A stretch of 64,000 bases of DNA from Clostridium sp. (lineage in GTDB: Bacteria > Bacillota > Clostridia > Acetivibrionales > Acetivibrionaceae). A program made the translations under genes and the position numbers. Below, piece by piece: positions 1 through 9,378 of the stretch (position 1 is its first letter; each line of letters starts with the position of its first letter). The notes below the pieces were generated by a model, which was given only the letters and a program-made list of their open reading frames with translations, was not told where the DNA came from and ran no database searches. Location of the stretch: contig JAAYTS010000141.1 of NCBI GenBank assembly GCA_012517995.1, forward strand, positions 3,572-67,571, written 5' to 3'.

Positions 1-438
1 CTTATTAATGAAAGTTTTAATACTGTTTTTAGGGAACTTTTTGATGGTGGACATGCAGAGCTTATTTTGGTAGATAAAGAGAATGTTTTAGAAAGTGGTA
101 TAGAAATAGAAGTTCAACCTCCAGGAAAAAAGCTTCAAAATCTTATGCTGCTGTCAGGGGGAGAAAAGGCTTTTACAGCAATAGCACTGCTTTTTGCAAT
201 ACTTAGGCTTAACCCTACACCTTTTTGTGTATTAGATGAGATTGAAGCAGCTTTAGATGATGCAAATGTATACAAATTTGCCCAGTATTTAAAAAAATAC
301 TCGTCTTACACTCAATTTGCTGTTATTACTCATAGAAAGGGTACAATGGAAATAGCAGATACACTTTACGGTGTTACAATGGAGGAACGTGGAGTATCAA
401 AAATTGTTTCTCTTAAAATGGGAGAAATTATAAAATAA
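1..438 (+). CDS. smc: Chromosome segregation protein SMC, C-terminal part (5' truncated by window edge)
   Basis: Frame is open from base 1 (LINESFNTVFRELFDGG...). ABC signature LSGGEK and Walker B/D-loop LDEIEAALD; upstream of ftsY as usual. Confidence 0.95.
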   Translation, partial: LINESFNTVFRELFDGGHAELILVDKENVLESGIEIEVQPPGKKLQNLMLLSGGEKAFTAIALLFAILRLNPTPFCVLDEIEAALDDANVYKFAQYLKKYSSYTQFAVITHRKGTMEIADTLYGVTMEERGVSKIVSLKMGEIIK

Positions 439-493
439 TGATTATTATAAAATTTTCAATACAAAAAATGTAAAAAGAATTGGAGGATAATAA

Positions 494-1414
494 ATGGGTT
501 TTTTTGATAGGTTAAAGAGAGGATTAAAGAAAACAAAGAGCACAATTACTGAGAGGATAGATCAGGTACTGGTTTCCTTTGGTAAAATTGATGAGGAATT
601 ATTTGAAGAATTAGAAGAAGTACTTATAACTTCAGACGTAGGAATTGACACCAGCATGAAAATTATTGAAGATTTAAAAAAGAAAGTGAAGGAGACAAAG
701 ACAACTGATCCTAGAGAAGTAAAAAGATTATTAAAAGATGAGCTTAGTGAGATATTAGGCACAAGTAATTCACAATTAAATATGGAAACCAAGCCTTCTG
801 TTATTGTTGTAGTTGGGGTAAATGGTGTGGGAAAGACCACATCAATAGGAAAAATAGCCAATGTTTTAAAATCTCAAAACAAAAAGGTGGTTTTAGCTGC
901 AGCAGATACTTTCAGGGCAGCTGCCATAGACCAGCTTGAAATATGGGCGGAAAGAGTTGGGGTTGAAATAATAAAACACAATGAAGGTGCAGATCCTGGT
1001 GCTGTAATTTATGATGCTATACAAGCGGTAAAGTCTAGAAATGCAGATGTTTTAATATGTGATACAGCAGGAAGACTCCATACTAAAAAGAATTTAATGG
1101 AGGAACTTAAAAAAATATTTAGAATAGTGGACAGAGAACTTCCTGAATGTTCAAAAGAAACATTATTGGTTTTAGATGCCACAACAGGACAAAATGCAAT
1201 ATCCCAAGCTAAGACATTTGGTGAAGCTGTGGGGGTAACAGGTATAGTTCTTACCAAGCTTGATGGCACAGCTAAAGGGGGAATAATAATTGCAGTTTCC
1301 TCAGAACTAAATATTCCTGTTAAATTCATTGGTGTGGGAGAACAAGTAGATGATTTACAGCCGTTTAATTCCACTGAATTTGTAGAAGCATTGTTTTCAG
1401 ATAATGGAGATTAA
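494..1414 (+). CDS. ftsY: SRP receptor FtsY
   Basis: [21 protein letters not shown] and [10 protein letters not shown] motifs. Confidence 0.97.
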   Translation: MGFFDRLKRGLKKTKSTITERIDQVLVSFGKIDEELFEELEEVLITSDVGIDTSMKIIEDLKKKVKETKTTDPREVKRLLKDELSEILGTSNSQLNMETKPSVIVVVGVNGVGKTTSIGKIANVLKSQNKKVVLAAADTFRAAAIDQLEIWAERVGVEIIKHNEGADPGAVIYDAIQAVKSRNADVLICDTAGRLHTKKNLMEELKKIFRIVDRELPECSKETLLVLDATTGQNAISQAKTFGEAVGVTGIVLTKLDGTAKGGIIIAVSSELNIPVKFIGVGEQVDDLQPFNSTEFVEALFSDNGD

Positions 1415-1660
1415 AAAACAATGTGTTAAAAAATATTACATGCTAAATAAACTAATTAAGAATTATTCATAATTAGAGAATATTTTTTTAATTAGTTTAT
1501 TTTCTTTTATGTAAAAATAATTATTAATTTTGTATAAATTATTTTTTTGACAGTACAAACTTTGTAAATAATAATGTATAATCCTTATATATGTATATGA
1601 ATTTGGGAACATGATTTTTTAATATCCAAAACCGCTTTAATTATCCCTGGAGGTGAGGAT

Positions 1661-2266
1661 GTGAGTGAAAAGGAAGCATGTGAAAACCAATTGATAAAAG
1701 AAGCTAAAGCAGGCAATGTAGAAGCCTTTGAAGAACTTGTTAAGCAATGTGAAAAAAAGGTTTTTAACATTGCTTACAAAATGATGGGTAATTATGATGA
1801 TGCAAATGAGTTGGCTCAAGAAGCTTTCATCAGGGCATATAAATCTATAAATAAGTTTAAAGGAGATTCACTTTTTTCAACCTGGATATACAGAATTACT
1901 ACAAATGTATGTTTAGATGAACTGAGAAAAAGAAAAAACAAAAAAGTAATTTCCTTAAATGAAGATATAAAATATAATGATGAAGAATTAAAGCCACAGA
2001 TAAAAGATGATAGTCCCGGTCCTGAAAAAATATATGAGAAAAAGGAATTTAAAAATCTAATATACCAGTGTATTGAATCCTTGTCAGATGAATATAAGAC
2101 GGTAATAATATTAAGAGATATTGAGGGTTTTAGCTATGAAGAGATAGCTAAAATAATTAATTGTCCGGAAGGTACCGTTAAGTCCCGTATAAGTCGGGCA
2201 AGAAAAGCTTTAAGAGATATTTTTAAAAATAAAAAGGAACTTTTTAATGAGGAATACGTCAAATAA
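1661..2266 (+). CDS. ECF-type RNA polymerase sigma factor
   Basis: 201 aa; region 2 (DLAQE-like ELAQEAFIRAY, FSTWIYRI) and region 4 (SYEEIA...GTVKSRISRAR); RBS GGAGGTGA before GTG. Confidence 0.93.
   Translation: MSEKEACENQLIKEAKAGNVEAFEELVKQCEKKVFNIAYKMMGNYDDANELAQEAFIRAYKSINKFKGDSLFSTWIYRITTNVCLDELRKRKNKKVISLNEDIKYNDEELKPQIKDDSPGPEKIYEKKEFKNLIYQCIESLSDEYKTVIILRDIEGFSYEEIAKIINCPEGTVKSRISRARKALRDIFKNKKELFNEEYVK
2236..2263 (+). promoter_or_regulatory. Candidate ECF-sigma promoter inside the 3' end of the sigma gene
   Basis: GGAACTT-N16-TCAAA, equivalently GGAAC-N16-CGTC, 24 nt upstream of the anti-sigma start. Confidence 0.55.
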
Positions 2267-2287
2267 GTATAGGAAGGAGGGGTAGAT

Positions 2288-3376
2288 GTGAAAAAGTGTG
2301 AACATATAATAGAATTGATTTCATTATATATTGATGGTGAATTGAGTGATGCTGAAAAACATCAGTTTGAAGAGCATATAAATTCATGTATTAAATGTAA
2401 AGAAGAATTTGACTGTCAGATGGAAATTATTAATCTATGTAAAAATATAGAGGATGTAGAACTTCCAGAGGATTTTAACAAACAATTACATCAAAAGCTT
2501 GTAAAGGAAAAGCAAGGAAAGGGCCCTCTTTTCTGGATGAATTCTAAATACATTAAATTAGCATCATCTATTGCAGCAGCATTTATATTAATTTTTGTTA
2601 CTTCAAAGTTTCTTACAATAGACAAATTTCAAAAGGGCTTTGACAGGGGGTATAATGAGGAGTCTCATACAGGAGAAAACCTTAATTTAAAGTCTTTTGA
2701 ATCTGATATGGTTTTAAATGAAAGAGCTGTAGATGATGAAATGTATGATGCAGATTCAGAAGAGGTTAATTTATTTTCAGGTATAGAGAACGATGACGGA
2801 GATACTCAGCACCACCAGACTGTAGGTCCTGATATTTCTTATGATGATTTACCAACAAATAGTTCGAATGCTGCTGATGCTGATGTAAAAATTAGCAGCG
2901 GTTTTGCAGGTGGTGGAATGTCTTCTAATGAAGGAGACAATTATTTAGAAAAAGAATCCGAGTCATATGGTATAACGCCTTCTAATGGGAGTGATGCAGC
3001 TTCTAGAGAGTATACTGAAGAGATTGATATAGGCACCAGTCCATCTCCAGAAGAGAGAAGCCTAGAGGGAGTACATTTATTGGAAGAATCAGAAGATACC
3101 ATTGTAAGAGTATCTGTTATAAACAACTCTTTAAAGCCAGAGGATACAGCTTATATTATAGATACTGTCAATAAGCTTGGAATTGAGGTTTTAGAAGATA
3201 ACACCCGAAAGGACACTGGTCTTTCTTATGAGAATGCTGTTTTAGTAAGATTGGCAGTTAAAGAAAGTAAATATGACAGGTTTATAGAGGAATTAGAAAG
3301 CTATTTTACAAATATTAAAGTTAATGTTATAGCAGATGGAGGAACAGAACAAATAGTTGAAGTATTAATTGAATAG
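2288..3376 (+). CDS. Zinc-binding (zf-HC2/ZAS) transmembrane anti-sigma factor
   Basis: N-terminal YIDGEL and HxxxCxxC (HINSCIKC), one TM helix, long acidic linker and a small C-terminal domain; directly after the ECF sigma gene. Confidence 0.88.
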   Translation: MKKCEHIIELISLYIDGELSDAEKHQFEEHINSCIKCKEEFDCQMEIINLCKNIEDVELPEDFNKQLHQKLVKEKQGKGPLFWMNSKYIKLASSIAAAFILIFVTSKFLTIDKFQKGFDRGYNEESHTGENLNLKSFESDMVLNERAVDDEMYDADSEEVNLFSGIENDDGDTQHHQTVGPDISYDDLPTNSSNAADADVKISSGFAGGGMSSNEGDNYLEKESESYGITPSNGSDAASREYTEEIDIGTSPSPEERSLEGVHLLEESEDTIVRVSVINNSLKPEDTAYIIDTVNKLGIEVLEDNTRKDTGLSYENAVLVRLAVKESKYDRFIEELESYFTNIKVNVIADGGTEQIVEVLIE

Positions 3377-3400
3377 ACTAAAATATATATTAATTTAAGT

Positions 3401-3435
3401 AAAAAGCAAAGGGGGTTTAATTCTTTGCTTTTTTT
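3401..3435 (+). terminator. Intrinsic terminator of the sigma/anti-sigma operon
   Basis: AAAAAGCAAAG-N11-CTTTGCTTTTT followed by more T. Confidence 0.8.
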
Positions 3436-3580
3436 AAATTTTTACTTAAAACTTATATATAAAAGCATTTAATTGGTTAATATTAAAAGTTTATTGCCTA
3501 ATACCCTTTACTAAGGCTTTTTTTTTGTGTAAAATGTTTTTGTACAAGCTTTTTTAAAATAAGGAAAGGTGGCAATTATT

Positions 3581-3754
3581 TTGATTATAAAAGCGGTGTT
3601 TGACAGGATAGAAAATGGGTGTGCAGTGTTGTTGCCAGACAACTTGAATATTGAAATTAACTTACCTATTTCTAAGTGGAAAAATAATTGTCGAAAAGGA
3701 GAAGTAGTTTCTATAATGGTTTACAACAGTGGAGAATTAAGACTCATTGGTTAA
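3581..3754 (+). CDS. Small DUF3006-like protein
   Basis: KAVFDRIENGCAVLL resembles the DUF3006 N-terminus; likely TTG start after AGGAAAGGTGG (ORF track starts at 3569). Confidence 0.55.
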   Translation: MIIKAVFDRIENGCAVLLPDNLNIEINLPISKWKNNCRKGEVVSIMVYNSGELRLIG

Positions 3755-3803
3755 ACACAAAGATAAGCAGGAAAATTTAAAGACTTAAATTGAAAGGATT
3801 ACT

Positions 3804-6485
3804 ATGGATAGACAAAAAATAATGATTATAGATGGAAATAGCATATTAAACAGAGCTTTTTATGGAGTGAGTTTACTTTCCACTTCTGATGGATTGTACA
3901 CAAATGCCATTTATGGATTTTTAAACATTATGTACAAATATATTGAAGAGGAAAATCCCCAATATATTTGTGTGGCTTTTGACCTTAAAGCTCCAACTTT
4001 TAGACATAAACAATATGAAGGATATAAGGCAAAAAGAAAAGGAATGCCAGAAGAGCTTAGTGTGCAAGTTCCCTACATGAAAGAAGTATTAGATGCATTG
4101 AAAATAAAAAGACTTGAAATGGAAGGCTTTGAAGCAGATGATATACTAGGTTCTATTTCTTTATGTGGTGAAGAAAGGGGATTTGAGGTAATTATAGTTA
4201 CAGGGGACAGAGATGCACTCCAGCTTGCGGGAAAAACCACAAGGATAAAAATCCCTAAAACCAAAGCAGGGAAAACTGAGACAGAGGAATATGATTATGA
4301 TAAGATAGTGGAAACATACGGGATTGAGCCTTGGCAATTTATAGATGTAAAGGGCTTGATGGGTGATGCTTCAGACAATATTCCTGGAGTTCCTGGAATA
4401 GGTGAAAAAACTGCATTAAAACTTATTAAAGAGTATGAAAAGTTAGAAAATTTATATAAAAATGTTGATAAAATAACCCAAAAAAGGGTTAAAGAAAATC
4501 TTATTACATATAAAGAGCAGGCATTTTTAAGTAGAGACTTAGCAAGAATTGAGAGAAATATGCCTAGTCTTTGTGAGTTTGAAGAATTAAAATATCAAGA
4601 GTATGACGGGGAAAAACTTCTAGAAATATTTCAAAAGTTAGAGTTTAATAGTTTTATTGATAAATTAGCATTGAGAAGTTCAATTACTAAAGATGATATT
4701 AATATGGACATAAAGGTAGTTGAAAATATTAGTGAGCTAAAAGCTATAAAGTCTAAAATACTTATGTCAGGGAAGTTGTATTTTTATTACTTAATTGACA
4801 AAGAAGAAAAGTTTTCAAAAAACCTTGCCTCATTAGCCTTTTCCCTTGGAGATGAAGAGACTTGGTATGTTGATTTTAGCAAAAGTATAAATGAAAAAGA
4901 ATTTTTCTTAGAGTATAAAGATGTTTTTGAAGATGAAAGGGTTAAAAAATATTCACACGATATAAAGAATTTTATCCTTTATTTAAAGCAAAATGATATT
5001 GTATTAAAGGGCTTAGCTTTTGATACAATGATAGCTGCTTATATTTTAAATCCTTCAAGGGAATCTTATGTAATATCTGACCTTGCAAGAGAACACCTAA
5101 ATGTAAGGGTAAGCTCAATAGAAGATATGGCAGGTAAAGGCAAAAAAGCTGTACTCTATAAAGATATGCCTATAGAAGAAGTATCTGATGCCATAGGGTT
5201 TTATCCATATGTGATAGTGGAATTAGAAAAAGAATTTAGAAAGCTGTTAGAAGAAAATAACCAAAAAGAGCTTTATTATGATATTGAATTGACTCTAATT
5301 AGTGTTTTAGCAGATATGGAGTATTATGGCTTTAGAGTTAATACCGAAGAATTACTTGGATTTTCTAAAGAACTGCAAAGTAAAATTGATTCTGTTAAAG
5401 TTAGAATATTTGAATTAGCTAGGGAAGAATTTAATATTAATTCTCCAAAGCAGCTGGGAGTAATACTTTTTGAAAAGCTTGAGCTTCCAGTTATTAAAAA
5501 AACAAAAACTGGTTATTCCACAGATGCAGAAGTGCTAGAGCAGCTAAAGGACCAACATGAAATTGTTTCCCAAATTTTAGAGTACAGGCAGCTGGTAAAG
5601 CTTAATTCCACTTATGTAGAAGGTCTTTTAGGGGTTATAAATAATAATACTGGTAAGATTCACTCAAGTTTTAATCAAACTGTTACTGTAACAGGCAGAA
5701 TAAGCAGTACAGAGCCAAACCTTCAAAATATACCTATAAAGCTTGAAATGGGTAGAAAAGTAAGAAAAGTTTTTGTGCCATCTGATGAAAATTTCATTCT
5801 TTTAGATGCAGATTATTCACAGATAGAACTAAGAGTTTTGGCTCATATAACAAATGATACAAACATGATAGATGCATTTTTAAATAATGAAGATATACAT
5901 ACATCCACAGCTTCTAAAGTATTTGGTGTCTCAAAAAATGAAGTGACATCACTTTTAAGATCAAGAGCAAAAGCTGTAAATTTTGGTATTGTATACGGCA
6001 TTGGGGATTTTAGTCTTTCTAAGGATTTGGGAATAACCAAAAAAGAAGCGGGAAAATATATTGATGAATATTTAGAAAAGTATCCACAAGTTAAAGAATA
6101 TATGACAAATATCAAAAAAGAAGCAAAGGAAAAAGGGTTTGTAACCACTATATTTAATAGAAGAAGATATATACCTGAAATAAAATCAAAAAATTTTAAT
6201 ATTAGGTCATTTGGAGAAAGAGTGGCACTAAATACCCCTATACAGGGCAGTGCTGCTGATATTATTAAAATAGCAATGGTAAATGTGTATAGAGAGCTTA
6301 ATAAAAGAAATCTTAAATCCAGGCTTATTCTACAGGTACATGACGAGCTTATAGTGGAAGTTCATAAAGATGAAATAGACCAGGTTAAAAAAATAGTTGA
6401 AGAGAGTATGAAAAATGCCGCTTCACTAAGGGTACCTTTAGATATTGAAATGAACATAGGGAAAAACTGGTACGAGGCAAAGTAA
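3804..6485 (+). CDS. polA: DNA polymerase I
   Basis: 893 aa; 5'-3' exonuclease (IIDGNS, EADD, GDASDNIPGVPGIG) and polymerase motifs A (DADYSQIELR), B (RAKAVNFGIVYG) and C (QVHDEL). Confidence 0.98.
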   Translation: MDRQKIMIIDGNSILNRAFYGVSLLSTSDGLYTNAIYGFLNIMYKYIEEENPQYICVAFDLKAPTFRHKQYEGYKAKRKGMPEELSVQVPYMKEVLDALKIKRLEMEGFEADDILGSISLCGEERGFEVIIVTGDRDALQLAGKTTRIKIPKTKAGKTETEEYDYDKIVETYGIEPWQFIDVKGLMGDASDNIPGVPGIGEKTALKLIKEYEKLENLYKNVDKITQKRVKENLITYKEQAFLSRDLARIERNMPSLCEFEELKYQEYDGEKLLEIFQKLEFNSFIDKLALRSSITKDDINMDIKVVENISELKAIKSKILMSGKLYFYYLIDKEEKFSKNLASLAFSLGDEETWYVDFSKSINEKEFFLEYKDVFEDERVKKYSHDIKNFILYLKQNDIVLKGLAFDTMIAAYILNPSRESYVISDLAREHLNVRVSSIEDMAGKGKKAVLYKDMPIEEVSDAIGFYPYVIVELEKEFRKLLEENNQKELYYDIELTLISVLADMEYYGFRVNTEELLGFSKELQSKIDSVKVRIFELAREEFNINSPKQLGVILFEKLELPVIKKTKTGYSTDAEVLEQLKDQHEIVSQILEYRQLVKLNSTYVEGLLGVINNNTGKIHSSFNQTVTVTGRISSTEPNLQNIPIKLEMGRKVRKVFVPSDENFILLDADYSQIELRVLAHITNDTNMIDAFLNNEDIHTSTASKVFGVSKNEVTSLLRSRAKAVNFGIVYGIGDFSLSKDLGITKKEAGKYIDEYLEKYPQVKEYMTNIKKEAKEKGFVTTIFNRRRYIPEIKSKNFNIRSFGERVALNTPIQGSAADIIKIAMVNVYRELNKRNLKSRLILQVHDELIVEVHKDEIDQVKKIVEESMKNAASLRVPLDIEMNIGKNWYEAK

Positions 6486-6542
6486 AGATATTTTGTAATA
6501 TAAAATTTTGAAGTTTAAAAATAAATTTTTATTTAATAAATA

Positions 6543-6570
6543 ATCTATTCTAAAATTTTTTAGAATAGAT
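6543..6570. repeat. Perfect 13-bp inverted repeat between polA and coaE
   Basis: ATCTATTCTAAAA-TT-TTTTAGAATAGAT. Confidence 0.7.
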
Positions 6571-6596
6571 AATATTTTTTAGAGGGTGTATAGGAT

Positions 6597-7178
6597 TTGA
6601 AAGTAATAGGCGTTACAGGAGGAATAGGAAGTGGAAAAACCACTGTTTCTAATATTCTTTCTTCTTTAGGAGCAAAAGTAATTGAAGCAGATAAAATATC
6701 AAGAGATATTATGAGAAAAGGGCATAGGGTTTTTGATGAAATTGTAGATTATTTTGGGGAAGATATTTTAGATGAAAAAGGAGAACTTGTAAGAAGAAAA
6801 ATTGCAGATATAGCTTTTAATAGTGAAGAAAAGCTAAAGGCATTAAATGATATCACCCATAAATATATTTCAATAGAAATTAAAAATGAAATTAAAAAAT
6901 GCAATAATGAAGATACCGTTGTAGTAGATGCAGCAATTCCACTAGAAAATGGATTTATTGATGTGTCTGATGAGATATGGTTTGTTACTGCAGATAGAGA
7001 TATAAGAATAGATAGAGTTATGAAAAGAAATAATTTAACATATAGTAAAGTAATGGATATAATAAAAATACAGCCAGATGATGATTATTATATTTCCATT
7101 TCAGACATAATTATATATAATAATGGTGATTACAAAGAATTAGAAGAAAAAGTAAAAAAAGTATATAAAAAAGCATAA
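6597..7178 (+). CDS. coaE: Dephospho-CoA kinase
   Basis: IGVTGGIGSGKTT P-loop; polA-coaE synteny. Confidence 0.95.
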   Translation: MKVIGVTGGIGSGKTTVSNILSSLGAKVIEADKISRDIMRKGHRVFDEIVDYFGEDILDEKGELVRRKIADIAFNSEEKLKALNDITHKYISIEIKNEIKKCNNEDTVVVDAAIPLENGFIDVSDEIWFVTADRDIRIDRVMKRNNLTYSKVMDIIKIQPDDDYYISISDIIIYNNGDYKELEEKVKKVYKKA

Positions 7179-7186
7179 AAATAAAG

Positions 7187-7813
7187 GTGGTAGCTTTTGT
7201 GGCAAAAAAAATAAAAAAGAGAATAAAGACCTTTTTATTTCTCGTTTTTTCACTTATATTAATTGTTTATGCAGCTAAAGCAGCTGTAAAATATTTATAT
7301 CCTCTAAAATATAAAGAATATGTTTTTGAATATTCATCTTTTTATGACAATTTAGATCCCTTTTTAGTTTTTTCAGTTATAAAAGCAGAGAGCGGATTTA
7401 ACCCTAATGCAACATCTCATAAAAATGCCAGGGGACTTATGCAAATAACAGACGATACTTCAATTTGGATAGCTGAAAAAATGAAAATAGAGAATTTTAA
7501 AGTGGAGGATTTATATGACCCAAAAACCAATATAAAAATGGGATGCTGGTATTTAAACAATCTTATGGATGAGTTTATGTATGAAAATGGGGTGTATATA
7601 AGTGAGGAGGAATCAGAAAGAAGGAAGATGGTTTTAGCAGCATATAATGCAGGAAGAGGTAATGTAGCCTTATGGTTAAAAGATAAAAAGTTTAGCAGTT
7701 CAGGAAGGACACTTGAAGTTATACCATTTGAAGAAACTAAAAAGTATGTGGAAAAAGTGCAGAATTATTATATTATATATCAAAAGCTATATAATGAGGA
7801 CAGTTTAGAGTGA
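7187..7813 (+). CDS. SLT-domain lytic transglycosylase with N-terminal membrane anchor
   Basis: AESGFNP, GLMQI and AAYNAG motifs; real start may be GTG at 7199. Confidence 0.92.
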   Translation: MVAFVAKKIKKRIKTFLFLVFSLILIVYAAKAAVKYLYPLKYKEYVFEYSSFYDNLDPFLVFSVIKAESGFNPNATSHKNARGLMQITDDTSIWIAEKMKIENFKVEDLYDPKTNIKMGCWYLNNLMDEFMYENGVYISEEESERRKMVLAAYNAGRGNVALWLKDKKFSSSGRTLEVIPFEETKKYVEKVQNYYIIYQKLYNEDSLE

Positions 7814-7816
7814 ACT

Positions 7817-8206
7817 TTATGAGGACTTAAAGTTTATTGCCTTTGAATAATTTTCTCTGTACACTGTTTGGTATTTGCGATGGTAGGCATTTGTATAGCA
7901 CAAACTACAGTACCTGCCTGAACGGATTGATTTTTTACAAGCTTCACAAAATAAAAAATGATTATCAGGTTCTATTATTTCAAGCCTGTTTTCACGCAGA
8001 TATCTTTTTATTTTTTTTAAAGATATATTAAGGGCACTTACAACTTCAAATATTTTGGCACATGGATTTTCCTCTAAATACATTTTAATTTTGTTAAAAT
8101 CAGACTCATCATGTTGAAAACAAGATGGGCATACTTTATGAAAACCATTTGAGGTGTAAGTTTTTCCACACATTTCACAGTTTTTTAGTTCAAGCATAAC
8201 ATTCAC
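7817..8206 (-). CDS. YvyF-like flagellar operon protein (Zn-ribbon/HTH)
   Basis: N-terminal CxxC...CxxC, FNKIKMYLEENP and a second CxxC...CxxC. Confidence 0.75.
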   Translation of the reverse strand: MNVMLELKNCEMCGKTYTSNGFHKVCPSCFQHDESDFNKIKMYLEENPCAKIFEVVSALNISLKKIKRYLRENRLEIIEPDNHFLFCEACKKSIRSGRYCSLCYTNAYHRKYQTVYRENYSKAINFKSS

Positions 8207-8356
8207 CTCTTAAAAAAATATCTGTGAATTTACTTTTAGGTATAATTATATTATACAATAAAAAGAGGTTTGTGTTAATGGTTAAAAAGCATTATATTAT
8301 AATAAAAACTAGTACTAAAGTCCTATTGGAATTTTATAAAAGGGAGGAAAAGTATT

Positions 8357-9259
8357 TTGAAAAAGAATGGTTTTGGCTATTTATTTTTGCTAAACACAGT
8401 TATATTGTTTAGCACTTATGAAGTTGTCAGTAAAATAATTATAGATAGAATTAATCCCTTTCAAATTAATTTTTTACGATTTTTTTTAGCAGGATTATTT
8501 CTTTTTGCATGTAGTTTGATTAGAAGGGATTTTAAAATTGAAAAAAAACATTTTAAGATGTTGACTATACTAGGTGTAATAAATGTTATTTTATCCATGA
8601 ACTTATTACAGTTAAGTTTAAGCATGACCAATGCAAAGGCAGCATTAGTTGCAGTTATTTTTAGCAGCAATCCTATATTTGTAACTTTTTTTTCATCTAT
8701 AATTGATAAGGAAAAAATACATACATATAAAAAGGTGGGGTTAATACTTGGTATAGTAGGTGTATTAGTTATGTCAATTAATGAACTTAGTATAGATGCC
8801 ATAAATATATTAAGTCCTATGCTAGCATTACTTTCTGCAGTATTATATGGTCTATACACCATTATTGGGCGAAAAGTATCCTCCCAAATAGGCAGTCTTA
8901 AAATGAATTCATATTCCTTTTTAATAGGGAGTATCGTGCTGCTTCCACTTTTGCTGTTATTTAAAATCCCTGTATTTCATATTAATTCATCAATAACCTG
9001 GCATGTAATGTATTTGTCCTTTTTAACAACAGGGGTAGGTTATTTGACTTATTTTATAGGTCTTTCTATTGTGGGGGCATCTAAAGGTTCTATGGTTTTC
9101 TTTTTAAAGCCAGTTCTAGCAAGTATTTTTGCAGTAATTATTTTAAAAGAAAATGTGGGATTTTATTTTGTACTGGGCACATTTTTAGTGGTTTTAGGTG
9201 TGACAATAATCTTTTACTGGGATGATTTTAAGTGCTGGATTAAAAAATATAAAAACTGA
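8357..9259 (+). CDS. DMT/EamA family transporter
   Basis: 300 aa, about 10 TM helices in two EamA-like repeats; RBS AGGGAGG before TTG. Confidence 0.9.
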   Translation: MKKNGFGYLFLLNTVILFSTYEVVSKIIIDRINPFQINFLRFFLAGLFLFACSLIRRDFKIEKKHFKMLTILGVINVILSMNLLQLSLSMTNAKAALVAVIFSSNPIFVTFFSSIIDKEKIHTYKKVGLILGIVGVLVMSINELSIDAINILSPMLALLSAVLYGLYTIIGRKVSSQIGSLKMNSYSFLIGSIVLLPLLLLFKIPVFHINSSITWHVMYLSFLTTGVGYLTYFIGLSIVGASKGSMVFFLKPVLASIFAVIILKENVGFYFVLGTFLVVLGVTIIFYWDDFKCWIKKYKN

Positions 9260-9263
9260 ATAA

Positions 9264-9292
9264 TTGACAAATTTTAAAAATGAATATAAAAT
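9264..9292 (+). promoter_or_regulatory. Sigma-A promoter upstream of the diguanylate cyclase
   Basis: TTGACA-N17-TAAAAT. Confidence 0.65.
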
Positions 9293-9378
9293 AAATGGCA
9301 AAGGAGTAAAGCAAATAAATCTATTTTATTAGAAATATTAGAAAAAAACAAAATTTGTGTGGGGGAAAAACAAGAAAA

